Shown here: one piece after another, positions 35,209-45,181 of the stretch
Numbering within the stretch: the stretch's first letter is position 1
How the letters are laid out: each line of letters starts with the position of its first letter
NCBI GenBank assembly: GCA_031386125.1
Contig: JANNCC010000040.1
Span: forward strand, 1-54,072
Direction of reading: 5' to 3'
Length of the DNA: 54,072 nt
From: Chitinophagaceae bacterium
Lineage (GTDB): Bacteria; Bacteroidota; Bacteroidia; Chitinophagales; Chitinophagaceae
Program-made: the position numbers and the translations under genes
The notes under the pieces: generated by a model
Told to the model about the DNA's origin: nothing
Database searches by the model: none
Seen by the model: only the letters and a program-made list of their open reading frames with translations

Positions 35209-35766
35209 TTATAAATGTTTTAATCCTAAACTTGTAGGTAATCCATCCAAACTATTCAAATTATTCTGTTGCACATATTCATACAATCCATCAGCACCTT
35301 TTTTCTCGGCCCATTCAAAATGTATATCTCTTTCGCCGGTATATTCATACAACGGCACACCAAAGCCACAGGAGGTTTGTACCAAATCAATATCGGCAAT
35401 GATGAGTTGTCTTGTACTGAGGTAGATTTTAAAATGCGGAGCATACTTGTCCCATTCTGGTGTGTTTGGCAATACGGTAAATCCTTTTCCATATAACCGC
35501 AGAATGTTCGGTGCTCCTTCAAACGAACAGAACATGATGGTGATGCGGCCGTTTTCTAAAGTGTGGGCTGATGTTTCGTTACCGCTGCTGATTAAATCCA
35601 TATAGCCAACCTGCGATGCTGACAATACTTTAAAACAATTCAATCCCTTTGGTGAAAGATTTACCCGGCCATCGGCACTTAAAGGCGCAGTGCTTACAAA
35701 AAAGATATGTTGCTTTTCAATGAACTCTTTATGTGCCGGTTTGATAGAGTCATGTAGTTTTCCCAT
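35209..35766 (-). CDS. Pyridoxamine 5'-phosphate oxidase family protein (start reassigned to 35766)
   Basis: FFVSTAP, VNLSPKG, SGNETSAH..ENGRITIMFCSF, VQTSCGFGVP. Confidence 0.9.
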   Translation of the reverse strand: MGKLHDSIKPAHKEFIEKQHIFFVSTAPLSADGRVNLSPKGLNCFKVLSASQVGYMDLISSGNETSAHTLENGRITIMFCSFEGAPNILRLYGKGFTVLPNTPEWDKYAPHFKIYLSTRQLIIADIDLVQTSCGFGVPLYEYTGERDIHFEWAEKKGADGLYEYVQQNNLNSLDGLPTSLGLKHL

Positions 35767-35912
35767 TACCTGAAAATTTGAAAACGAAGGTAAGAAGGAA
35801 ATTATGTGTACCAATTGCAGAACTGTCCTGAGTCTGACTGCCAGCTACAGATCCGGAAGACTGGAAAAGCAAACAAATAAGTTATATTTACTATCAGAAA
35901 ACGAGAAGGCAA

Positions 35913-37649
35913 ATGAATAAAACGACCATCACATTTTTAGCAGCAGGTTTATTATTAATAACGGGGCTGAAGGCACAAACCATTCAGGAGGGAATGAACC
36001 ACCTGAATGCAAAAAGACAAAAAAGTGCAGCAGAAGTATTTAAAAAGTTATTAGCTGCCAATCCAAATAATATAGAGGCTGTTTATTGGTTGGGACAAAC
36101 CTACTTTAATATGGATGATAATGCAGCAGCCCGCCAGTTGTATGAAAAAGCATTGACAACTAATGGCAGTGCACCGCTGATATTAGTTGGTATCGGCCAT
36201 GCGGATTTGCTGGATAATAAAAACAATGAAGCCCGGCAACGCTTTGAAGCGGCTCTTGCTGCCAGCCGTACCAAAAAGGGTGATGACCCCGTGGTACAAA
36301 CTGCCATAGGCAGGGCGATTGTTGATTCAAAAACAGGCGACTTTAATTATGCTAAACAGTTGTTGCTGGCGGCCACAGCAAAGGATCCGAAAAATACAGA
36401 GACACTTTTGCAATTAGGTAATGCATATCGTAAAGCTGATCCGGGCAAGGGAGGCAGCGAGGCCTACAGTTATTATAAAAAAGCATTGGAGGTAAATCCC
36501 AATTTTGCTGTTGCAAGTGTACGGTTGGCAAAACTGTTTGAAACACAAAAAAACTGGGAACTTGTTCTTCAATATTTAAAGGAAGCAGTGGCAAAAGACT
36601 CCCGGTTTACGGATGCATACTATGAATTGTTCTGGTATTACTTTCTCCGCAGGGACTTTACTGAAGCAGGCAACCAGTTACAAAAATATGTTGACAGCAA
36701 ATTACCTGAAACCGACATACAGGATGAATACCTGAAAGGACAGGTATGCTATGTAAGCAAAGATTATGATTGCGCCATTTTAAAGGGAACCAGGGTGCTG
36801 AATGAAATGGGTGCAAAAACAAAGCCCAGGATCTATAAACTGCTTGCCTATGCTTATTTTGATAAAGGCGATTATTCCAATGCTTTGAAAAATGTGAACG
36901 ATTATTTTGCAAAAGAGAAAAGAGAAGATGTAATAACGGGTGACTATAAACTGAAAGCAGACATACTTGCTAAAACCGGTGGAACGCCGGACGAAATCTA
37001 CAACACCTATATCCAGGGGGCGGCGTTGGATTCAGTGCTTACTTCAAAGATTGACTTCCTGAAGCAGGGGGCTGATGCGTTTAAAGCGAAAGGCGACAGT
37101 ATAAACCGGAGTAAGGAAGGAGATATCAGGTCGTTGATTCTTACAGTAAAAACCAAACCAAACCTGAATGATTACTATGATGCCGGATTTGCCTATTACA
37201 AAGGGAATAATTTATCAAAAGCGGATAGTTTGTTTGAAATAATTACGGCAAAATATCCTGACGAAAAGTATGGTTGGGAGAGGAGGTTTCAGATTGGACG
37301 AATTAAAGACACTGCCATGGAGAAAGGAACGGCCGTTCCATTTGCTATAAAATATCTTGAAATATTGGAGAAGGATACTGCAAAAAATAAAAAAGAAATT
37401 ATCGGTACTGCGTCTTACCTGGCAAGTTATTATGCCAATATTGTTAAAGACAAGGTGAAAGCAGTTGAATACCTGAAAAAGATGCTGGCACTAGACCCAA
37501 CGAATGTTGATATACAAAATAACATCAAGGTGCTGGAAAAAGCACCTACTACCAAGCCTGCCGGAACTTCAACTACCCGGGTGGGAGCCACCAAACTACC
37601 GGAGAAAAAACCTGCTAAGACAAAAAATAAAATAAAACCAGATAAATAA
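35913..37649 (+). CDS. Exported tetratricopeptide repeat protein
   Basis: Signal peptide; repeated TPR motifs (YWLGQTY, LQLGNAY, KALEVNPNF, LALDPTN); Lys/Thr/Pro-rich tail. Confidence 0.88.
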   Translation: MNKTTITFLAAGLLLITGLKAQTIQEGMNHLNAKRQKSAAEVFKKLLAANPNNIEAVYWLGQTYFNMDDNAAARQLYEKALTTNGSAPLILVGIGHADLLDNKNNEARQRFEAALAASRTKKGDDPVVQTAIGRAIVDSKTGDFNYAKQLLLAATAKDPKNTETLLQLGNAYRKADPGKGGSEAYSYYKKALEVNPNFAVASVRLAKLFETQKNWELVLQYLKEAVAKDSRFTDAYYELFWYYFLRRDFTEAGNQLQKYVDSKLPETDIQDEYLKGQVCYVSKDYDCAILKGTRVLNEMGAKTKPRIYKLLAYAYFDKGDYSNALKNVNDYFAKEKREDVITGDYKLKADILAKTGGTPDEIYNTYIQGAALDSVLTSKIDFLKQGADAFKAKGDSINRSKEGDIRSLILTVKTKPNLNDYYDAGFAYYKGNNLSKADSLFEIITAKYPDEKYGWERRFQIGRIKDTAMEKGTAVPFAIKYLEILEKDTAKNKKEIIGTASYLASYYANIVKDKVKAVEYLKKMLALDPTNVDIQNNIKVLEKAPTTKPAGTSTTRVGATKLPEKKPAKTKNKIKPDK

Positions 37650-37661
37650 TTATAGGCTAAA

Positions 37662-38009
37662 CTAAGGATTGATGCTGGCCGCTGCATAAATCCATGCTTT
37701 CTTTCCGGATTCAAGTTGTACCTGAACTCTTGTATAGCCACCCGGTTCATACTTATCAGCCAGCAGAAGCTCTTCTTCCGAAACTTCTAATGCAGCGCCT
37801 TCAATCATATCATTATTATCATTTGAAGGGGTTGCTACTAATTGAATTTTTTGTTCGCCTTTTGCAAGAAATAATTCGTCCGTAATTTCAATGGAAGAAA
37901 GCCTGTATCCTTTTAAATTGTCTTTATGACCCTTTAATAGCCGGGCAAATAATTTTACCTGTACTTCTTCTTTTTGGAGTGTGCCATAGGAGAAAAGATA
38001 TTCTTTCAT
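37662..38009 (-). CDS. Gamma-glutamylcyclotransferase family protein
   Basis: LFSYGTL, ELLLADKYE..GY.R, AWIY motifs. Confidence 0.88.
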   Translation of the reverse strand: MKEYLFSYGTLQKEEVQVKLFARLLKGHKDNLKGYRLSSIEITDELFLAKGEQKIQLVATPSNDNNDMIEGAALEVSEEELLLADKYEPGGYTRVQVQLESGKKAWIYAAASINP

Positions 38010-38107
38010 TTTTTACTTTGTGATTTTAGTTTATCTGTGCTTCATAAATTGCTGGAGTGAAGATAAACTCGTCAGGGGTTCATGCTTTTTTCATGGCTTC
38101 TGATGAA

Positions 38108-38140
38108 GTTAGTATGAGGTTAGTATGGGGTTACTATGGC
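38108..38140. repeat. 3 x 11-nt tandem repeat
   Basis: GTTAGTATGAG GTTAGTATGGG GTTACTATGGC. Confidence 0.75.
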
Positions 38141-38398
38141 GTTGTTATTTGTTTGCTCAAACACCTTTGTGGCGATATTGCTTTCCCGTACAGCAATATT
38201 ACGAAGCTTCCGATGCTGGTTTTCCTGTTATTGACGATTATTGAAGAAAGTTGAATAAAGTTGCCGAAAGTTGAAGGTTTTAGCACAGAATGAAACCCAG
38301 CTCTACTAACCGGTACATGCCGCAGCCGGCCGTCTTCTTTTAGACGGCTGAGGATGTAAGCCACAAGATGTGGGTGTTTTTTTGAATTTAAAATTTTA

Positions 38399-38608
38399 AG
38401 CTAACGAACAGGGCTTGGCGTTGTTGGGATATTTGAGAACCGTTAGCCCGTAACCACTGCTGGGTAAAGTTACAAATGTTGATTAAGAACTAATGCTTGC
38501 CTTTATTCGTCGGCTGGAACTGAAGCCCAATAGCGAACTACTCGTCCTGAAAAAAGTTGAGAACATATTCGTCGCCTCGCCATATTGCCAAACCCCATCC
38601 TATGTTTC
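38399..38608. repeat. attC-like long imperfect inverted repeat
   Basis: GCTAAC at left end; GGGCTTGGCG (38411-38420) pairs with TGCCAAACCC (38586-38595); GTT at 38604. Confidence 0.5.
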
Positions 38609-39532
38609 CTAATTTTTAAATATTTTGTCTAACCAGGTAAAAACATTTTTAAAGTCATCTTTTGAAAGTCCCTTTAAGTCATGCCCTTCGCCTTCTTTAA
38701 CTACAAAAGAACATTCTAAGCCCACAAATTTATATTTTTGAATAAATGGTTGGGATGATTTAATTGGAACCCACTTGTCATTTCCTCCAAAAATAAGATA
38801 TACTGGCGGTGCGTCTTTTGTAATAATTTGCAATGGAGACATCAGAGAATCAATGCTTCTTCTTTCAGCACTATTTTCAATAGTCATATAAATATTAGTA
38901 GAAGTATCAATTTTTGTATAATTAAATGCTCCACCAAGTGCACTTTTTTGAGTTGAAGTTCCTGCATCCGGGTTTAAAAAATTTGTAGGCGAACATAATG
39001 CAACTATTGCCTGCACTTTCGATGACATTTTTGAAATGGAATCTTTTGATTGTGGGTCTTTAATATCATTTGATAAGCCTGCAAGTAAAGCAAGATTTCC
39101 ACCGGATGAGTGCCCTGTAATGGAAATAAAATTGGCGTCGATATTATAAGTTGTAGCATTGTACCTGACATATTGTATGGCTCGTTGAATATCTTTCAAC
39201 ATATTAGGGATGGTATATCGGGGTGCTGCACTATGTATTGTGAGAAAAACAGTGTATCCTTCATTCAGATAGGGGAACGCCCATTTTAGATAATTAGGTT
39301 GCTGCGGATAACTGTAAGTAAGTGATATCCAGTTATAGGAAGATTTGAAGCCACCACTTACAAGACTGATAATGGCTTTACCATTTATTTTCTCCGGCTT
39401 TAGAACAATCATCGTTAGAGCAGTACCATCTTTTCGATCATATATTACTTCTTGCTGTGTATAAGGCACAACCTCTTGAGCAAAAAGATTGTTAGAAATT
39501 ACAAAAACTAAAACTGTTAATACTCCTTTCAT
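38609..39532 (-). CDS. Exported alpha/beta hydrolase (esterase/lipase); start reassigned to 39532
   Basis: SGGF oxyanion-hole-like, GHSSGG nucleophile elbow, GGNDKWV acid, GEGH His; signal peptide. Confidence 0.88.
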   Translation of the reverse strand: MKGVLTVLVFVISNNLFAQEVVPYTQQEVIYDRKDGTALTMIVLKPEKINGKAIISLVSGGFKSSYNWISLTYSYPQQPNYLKWAFPYLNEGYTVFLTIHSAAPRYTIPNMLKDIQRAIQYVRYNATTYNIDANFISITGHSSGGNLALLAGLSNDIKDPQSKDSISKMSSKVQAIVALCSPTNFLNPDAGTSTQKSALGGAFNYTKIDTSTNIYMTIENSAERRSIDSLMSPLQIITKDAPPVYLIFGGNDKWVPIKSSQPFIQKYKFVGLECSFVVKEGEGHDLKGLSKDDFKNVFTWLDKIFKN

Positions 39533-39564
39533 AAATTCATTAAGCTTTGGTGAGTTAAAATGAC

Positions 39565-39745
39565 GCACAACTCGTAAACTTATGCTATAAGACGCAGCAC
39601 CACAAAAAACAATAGCTTTGAAAACGAGCAACTTAGTGTTATACATTTTGTATTGCTATTAGGACAATACGTTTTTAGATTTATTGGAAGTCGCAGTTTT
39701 TCTTCCTTGCTGTGTCTTCCTGACTAATCGTTTCATAGCTTATGT
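39565..39745. repeat. Second attC-like imperfect inverted repeat (right end degenerate)
   Basis: GCACAAC at 39565-39571; AAGACGCAGCA (39589-39599) pairs with TGCTGTGTCTT (39708-39718). Confidence 0.45.
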
Positions 39746-39878
39746 ATAGCTTCCCGGGCAAGTGTCAAATGGTCTCGCCTTAGGGGAGATGGGTGGGTTT
39801 TGTGGCACTCGCCGTGATAAGGAATAGAATGCCGTTGGTTTTTGCATTCCACCAACCACCTGCATCCTTTAAAATACC

Positions 39879-40010
39879 CTTTACTACAGCTGTCTGCATA
39901 GTTATTAACACTGTCTGCAACTTTATCGAATCCGTCTTCAACTTTATTGATGCAACACCTGCCTTTATTTCATCTGTCTCTGCCTTTATTGCAGCTGTAT
40001 CCATCTTTAT
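39879..40010. repeat. 21-nt period tandem repeat (about 6 units), heptad ORF 39780..40013 on minus strand
   Basis: Units such as CTTTATCGAATCCGTCTTCAA, CTTTATTGATGCAACACCTGC, CTTTATTTCATCTGTCTCTGC; translate as MDTAAIK AETDEIK AGVASIK LKTDSIK LQTVLIT MQTAVVK. Confidence 0.75.
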
Positions 40011-40109
40011 CAATAACTATCTTGCCTTGAAAATATACAGTGCTCTCTTTTTTCACACCTTTCCTTCCCCGGGCAACATAAAATGTAGCATAAGCCACCT
40101 CAGAAAACG

Positions 40110-41648
40110 CTAAATTTTAAAACCAACCGTCAGCAGCACATTGCCGCCTGTTTCTTTCAGGTTGGCAAAAGTGTTAGCCCTCGGTGCACTTACCCGGTAA
40201 GGAAAGTTTACATCTTTACTAATGCGATGTACATACGTAAGGTCGAGAAAGATTCCTTTGTGCCGGTAGCCCAATCCACCACTCAGGTTCATTTTACTTG
40301 CTTTCAGTTCTTTGTCCTTGTAAGGGCTGCTGTAGTAGGCAAAACCCAAACGGGCCATAATGATTTTGAATTTCAGCTCAGCACCCAGGCGAAAATTGAA
40401 GGCTGATTTATTAATAGCATCAATAGCGTCATTATAGGGCTGGTAGTATTCTTTGCTTTCAGCAGTTTCTTCTTCAGAAGGGCCAAACCTCATCCACTTG
40501 TAATTAACATATTCAATATCTGCCGTAATAAAACCTTTCTGCCGGTTAATGTTTTCTACTTCCCTGAACACATAAGAGCCACTCAAAATTATTTTGCCTG
40601 GTGTGTAAGTAGTGAATTTGTAAACGTCAGCAGTGGTGCCGGTAATTGTGGAAGAGGCCACACTGTCGTATCCGCTATTGGGATAAAATAATCTTTCTAC
40701 ATCAACGGCCAGTCCGGAATTAAAAGTCTCCGTCATCATCATCATATCGGGTGAATGAAAAGCAAGACCCAGCCGGATATATTCCTTCGGCCGGTAGATA
40801 AGGCCGGCTTTTACATTCAGGCCAACTCCTTTCTGGCTCATGTTTTCCTGATAGGCCATGTAGCTGAAATTATTATTGTTATTGCCGGAGGCATCTGATT
40901 CCCGGTAGTAAGTGTTGCGGTCAATTTTTGCAATGGGAATTCCAATACTGATGCCCAGCATTATTTTTTTATTCAACTCATGACCAAAGCCTGCCGTAAT
41001 CTCTGTGATGCCGCCACTTATCTGCGACAAATGTTCCTGATTCAGTAGTGATGTAAATTCTGAACGGGCAATCACCTGTTTGTTACCATTAATAGTAGCG
41101 GTGTCAACTAAGTAAGTGTACAATGCCATTTTGGTGGGCAGCGAAATATTGTTGCTGTTTAATGCCTGATCAATAGTAAGGCCGGATGCTGCAAACTCAT
41201 CTGCCAGCGGCTCCGCAAAACTGCTGTAATTGTTTTGTCCTTTGTACGATACGATTTGGCTGAAATCTGCCACCCGGGTAACGGTGATACTAAAACTGTT
41301 TTTAGCTTTGTACCCAAATCCACCAAAAACAAAACCTGATGTGCCGGGGCCAAAAGTATTCAGACTAGTGCCTTTATTACTGGTACCCCGGAAAGTGCCA
41401 GTGCCTTTTCCAAATTGATAGGCAGGAGTAAGCAGAAAGTCAGAAGTCTTAAAGAATGCAAGACCGGCTGGGTTTACCATAGCAGCAGTAGCATCACCAC
41501 CCAATGATCCCATTGCACCACCGATGGCCTGGTTACGGGCCGTACCCATTTGCGGTCTCCACGAAAGGCGAAGAGCTTCTTCGGGTATCTGTGCAGAAAC
41601 CTGTTGTGCGGCTATTAATAAAATAGCTGTGTAAATTTTTTTGTTCAT
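40110..41648 (-). CDS. OmpP1/FadL-like outer-membrane transporter
   Basis: Signal peptide, GTAR..AIGGAMGSLGGD....VNPAGLA plug motif, beta-barrel C-terminus. Confidence 0.82.
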   Translation of the reverse strand: MNKKIYTAILLIAAQQVSAQIPEEALRLSWRPQMGTARNQAIGGAMGSLGGDATAAMVNPAGLAFFKTSDFLLTPAYQFGKGTGTFRGTSNKGTSLNTFGPGTSGFVFGGFGYKAKNSFSITVTRVADFSQIVSYKGQNNYSSFAEPLADEFAASGLTIDQALNSNNISLPTKMALYTYLVDTATINGNKQVIARSEFTSLLNQEHLSQISGGITEITAGFGHELNKKIMLGISIGIPIAKIDRNTYYRESDASGNNNNNFSYMAYQENMSQKGVGLNVKAGLIYRPKEYIRLGLAFHSPDMMMMTETFNSGLAVDVERLFYPNSGYDSVASSTITGTTADVYKFTTYTPGKIILSGSYVFREVENINRQKGFITADIEYVNYKWMRFGPSEEETAESKEYYQPYNDAIDAINKSAFNFRLGAELKFKIIMARLGFAYYSSPYKDKELKASKMNLSGGLGYRHKGIFLDLTYVHRISKDVNFPYRVSAPRANTFANLKETGGNVLLTVGFKI

Positions 41649-41729
41649 AAATGGGTTTGATTATTTATGATAATAGGATGCAGGAAGTATCTTTAAATGC
41701 TTCAAACATATTTACTGTATAGAATTAAA

Positions 41730-42503
41730 TTAATTTCTTCCTGGTCTGCTCACACTACCACCGCTGCTTCCACCGGATGAGCTTCCTGAACTGCCGGAAG
41801 AACTACTATTGGAAGAACTACTATTGGAAGAACTGCTGCTGCCGGATTGGGTGTACATCCTGCCGGATGAAGAATTGCTGCTGCCAGAACCACTGTTGTT
41901 ATTATTACTGTTACCTTCGAAAATAGTTCTGAGAATACCCCCTGATCCCTTTGAAGAACCGTTGCTGTTGGTATTATTATACGAATTATTGTAGGATGAT
42001 GATTTGCCGTTATTATTTCTTACAGATTTGCTGTTGCCGTTTGAATTAGTATTGTTATAGTTGGTATTAGTGTAGCCACCCAGGTTAAAATTGGTGGGGC
42101 GAACTGTTGGTTTAATCGAAGCTACTTTGGGATTGCTGTAGTTATTATTATTGCCAGTGCAGCAGCAATAAGGATTATAATAATAGTTCCAGGAATTGTA
42201 GGGATTGTAATAAGACCCGTAGTGGTAATTATACCCAAAGCTATACCGGTCGTAACTGTACCATTCGTTCAAATCATTCCAGCGGTAGCGGTTACTTACT
42301 TTCATCCGCAGATAGCGGTCATCATAATACTCATCAGAGTAAGTGTTGTCACGGCGGTCGTCCTTGTCCACTTTGTCATCTTCCTTCTGCGGCTGTGCAG
42401 CAGAATAATAAACATCATCAGGTGTTTGACCGGTTTTGTAGGCGGTAGTGCAACTGCTTAAAAAGGCCACAGTTAATGCCAAGAGTAAAATTTTTGAGTT
42501 CAT
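41730..42503 (-). CDS. Lipoprotein with Tyr/Asn-rich and Ser/Gly-rich low-complexity regions
   Basis: Lipobox LSSC, TPDDVYYS motif, disordered tail. Confidence 0.8.
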   Translation of the reverse strand: MNSKILLLALTVAFLSSCTTAYKTGQTPDDVYYSAAQPQKEDDKVDKDDRRDNTYSDEYYDDRYLRMKVSNRYRWNDLNEWYSYDRYSFGYNYHYGSYYNPYNSWNYYYNPYCCCTGNNNNYSNPKVASIKPTVRPTNFNLGGYTNTNYNNTNSNGNSKSVRNNNGKSSSYNNSYNNTNSNGSSKGSGGILRTIFEGNSNNNNSGSGSSNSSSGRMYTQSGSSSSSNSSSSNSSSSGSSGSSSGGSSGGSVSRPGRN

Positions 42504-42673
42504 GGCAAATGGTTTAGTCGGGTTAAAAATGAAGTTACTACTTTTGTGCGACTATAAACGGCACACAATCGTTTGTGTTTAGGCAACAAAGATTCAGCCA
42601 TTTGATGAAATATTGCACGGAGGCCTGTTAAATTAAATTTAAAGGTCTGGCCGGCATTAAACTTAAAAGAAAC

Positions 42674-44149
42674 ATGAGTAAGGAGATTACATCAAGAGCA
42701 ACAGATTATTCAAAATGGTACAATGACCTGGTATTAAAAGGGGAGCTGGCAGATTATTCGGCGGTAAAAGGCTGTATGGTTATTAAGCCGTATGGTTTTG
42801 CCCTTTGGGAAAATATGCGGGATGCATTAGATAAAATGTTTAAAGATACCGGGCATGTTAATGCTTATTTCCCATTGTTCATTCCAAAAAGTTTTTTAAG
42901 TAAAGAAGCGGCGCATGTGGAAGGCTTTGCCAAAGAATGTGCAGTAGTAACTCATTACCGGTTGAAGAATGATCCGAATGGTGGCGGGGTAATTGTTGAT
43001 CCCGATGCTAAATTGGAAGAAGAGTTAATTATTCGCCCCACCAGCGAAACGATTATCTGGAATACCTATAAGGATTGGATAAAGTCCTACCGTGATTTAC
43101 CATTACTGATAAATCAATGGGCCAATGTAGTGCGGTGGGAAATGCGGACAAGATTGTTCTTACGTACGACAGAGTTTTTATGGCAGGAAGGACATACCGC
43201 ACATGCTACGGCGCAGGAAGCGGTGGAAGAAACAGAAAAAATGCTGGAAGTCTATGCCACTTTCGTCGAAGAGTTTATGGCTGTGCCAGTGGTTCGGGGA
43301 GTAAAGACAGTCAACGAACGTTTTGCAGGTGCAGTAGATACTTATTGCATTGAAGCATTAATGCAGGATGGAAAAGCATTGCAGGCTGGCACCTCACATT
43401 TTCTCGGGCAGAATTTTGCCAAAGCATTTGATGTAAAATTTTCCAATAAAGAAAACCAACTGGAGTATGTGTGGGCTACCAGTTGGGGAGTAAGTACAAG
43501 GTTAGTCGGTGCATTGGTAATGGCGCATAGCGATGACCAGGGATTGATATTGCCGCCAAAGATTGCCCCATTACAAGTGGTGATCGTTCCTATTTATAAA
43601 GGAGATGAACAAAAGGCCTTGATTAATGAAAAGGCAAAAGAGATAATGACCAACCTGAAAAGCTTAGGTGTTCGGGTAAAGTATGATGACAATGATAATA
43701 ACAGACCGGGCTGGAAATTTGCTGAGTATGAAATGAAAGGGGTGCCTGTTCGTTTGGCATTAGGCGCAAGAGATTTAGAGAAAAATGTGGTAGAAGTGGC
43801 CCGCCGGGATACAAAAGAAAAAATGATTGTTGGCCTGGATGGCATTGCACAATATGTAGATGGATTACTGCTGGAAATACAACGGAATATGTTCAACAAA
43901 GCAAAAATATTCCGGGATGAACACATCACACCTGCCGCCAGCTGGGATGAATTTGTAAAACTGCTGGATGAAAAAGGTGGTTTTATTTCAGCACACTGGG
44001 ATGGTACTGCCGAAACAGAAGAAGCAATTAAAGACAAAACAAAGGCAACTATCCGATGCATTCCTCTCAATAATAAAACGGAACAGGGGAGTTGTATATT
44101 AACAGGCAAGCCTTCTGCTCAAAGGGTTTTATTTGCAAGGGCATATTAA
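42674..44149 (+). CDS. proS: Proline--tRNA ligase (archaeal/eukaryotic type)
   Basis: [47 protein letters not shown]; -7 element TACTTTTG at 42539-42546. Confidence 0.98.
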   Translation: MSKEITSRATDYSKWYNDLVLKGELADYSAVKGCMVIKPYGFALWENMRDALDKMFKDTGHVNAYFPLFIPKSFLSKEAAHVEGFAKECAVVTHYRLKNDPNGGGVIVDPDAKLEEELIIRPTSETIIWNTYKDWIKSYRDLPLLINQWANVVRWEMRTRLFLRTTEFLWQEGHTAHATAQEAVEETEKMLEVYATFVEEFMAVPVVRGVKTVNERFAGAVDTYCIEALMQDGKALQAGTSHFLGQNFAKAFDVKFSNKENQLEYVWATSWGVSTRLVGALVMAHSDDQGLILPPKIAPLQVVIVPIYKGDEQKALINEKAKEIMTNLKSLGVRVKYDDNDNNRPGWKFAEYEMKGVPVRLALGARDLEKNVVEVARRDTKEKMIVGLDGIAQYVDGLLLEIQRNMFNKAKIFRDEHITPAASWDEFVKLLDEKGGFISAHWDGTAETEEAIKDKTKATIRCIPLNNKTEQGSCILTGKPSAQRVLFARAY

Positions 44150-44158
44150 TTTAATACT

Positions 44159-44572
44159 ATGGATAATAAAGAAGACATCTTTGATATCCGGGTGAATGAA
44201 GACGGAAAGAAACTGGTAAACCGTATCTACCAGTTAGTGGTAGTCTGTTTCTGGATTGGCCTTGCTGTGGAAGCTATTATTCTTGTGAGTGGCGCCATCA
44301 ATTATTTTCGCTACCGGGATATTACTTTTATTGTTGACAAGGGCTATTACTGGTACCTGAGAATATACACGGTCTATATAATTTTATTTTCAGCTTTGAC
44401 GATATTGCAATCGGTTTATTTTTTGAATTTTACAAAACAGGCTCAGCAAAGCATAAGAATTAACGACAGTCATGGTTTCAATCATTCGTTTATCTGGATG
44501 TATAAGAGCTTAAAGATTACACTGGTTTGCATTATTATAAACGGGCTGTTTTTTATATACGGTCTTTTCTAA
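44159..44572 (+). CDS. Hypothetical three-TM membrane protein (DUF5362-like)
   Basis: Three hydrophobic segments; layout parallels the next ORF. Confidence 0.6.
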   Translation: MDNKEDIFDIRVNEDGKKLVNRIYQLVVVCFWIGLAVEAIILVSGAINYFRYRDITFIVDKGYYWYLRIYTVYIILFSALTILQSVYFLNFTKQAQQSIRINDSHGFNHSFIWMYKSLKITLVCIIINGLFFIYGLF

Positions 44573-44644
44573 ACAGCCGGATCAAATATTATTTGCAGGA
44601 AGTGAGGCCGACTCTTATTTTTATAAAAACTAAAACAACAGTTT

Positions 44645-45127
44645 ATGGAACAAAATCAAAACTATACACCCAACCCGACCACCTCCTTATTTCAAATGAA
44701 CCTTGATGCACAAAACAGTTACAACCTGCGTAGTGCAGCATCATGGGGAAAAGTGCTTGGCGTTGTTGGCGTTATTCTTGGAATCATTTTTTGTGTCCTG
44801 TGTGCTATTACCCTGAGTAAATTAGACAGCTATAGTGGAAGCAGTTATCGTTATCGCAGAGGTGGATTAGGCGACATGTTTGGCGGAAGTTCCGTGACTG
44901 AAACAAAAACAGGCCTCTGGTTATTCATTGTTACCGGCATTATCTTCATTCTGGGTGGGGTATTCTCTTTTAATTTTGGCAACAAGATTAATATGGCTTT
45001 AAAATCTAATGACCAGCAGGGGTTGAACCAGGGTTTTGCGGCATTGCGAAATTATTATGCTGTAAGAAGCATTACACTTATTCTGATACTGCTTTTATTC
45101 CTGGTTGGCTTTGCAGGTTCTGTTTAA
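44645..45127 (+). CDS. DUF5362-like membrane protein
   Basis: L.SAASWGKVL..VG and ALKSNDQQGLNQGFAALRNYY pattern. Confidence 0.7.
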   Translation: MEQNQNYTPNPTTSLFQMNLDAQNSYNLRSAASWGKVLGVVGVILGIIFCVLCAITLSKLDSYSGSSYRYRRGGLGDMFGGSSVTETKTGLWLFIVTGIIFILGGVFSFNFGNKINMALKSNDQQGLNQGFAALRNYYAVRSITLILILLLFLVGFAGSV

Positions 45128-45181
45128 TTATCCGGATATATTGCGAAATATAAGTGCTGCTATTAAGTGATAGCAGCTTTT

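Noticed and set aside
39879-40010. CRISPR array
   Set aside because: Degenerate contiguous units with no unique spacers; no cas genes anywhere in the window
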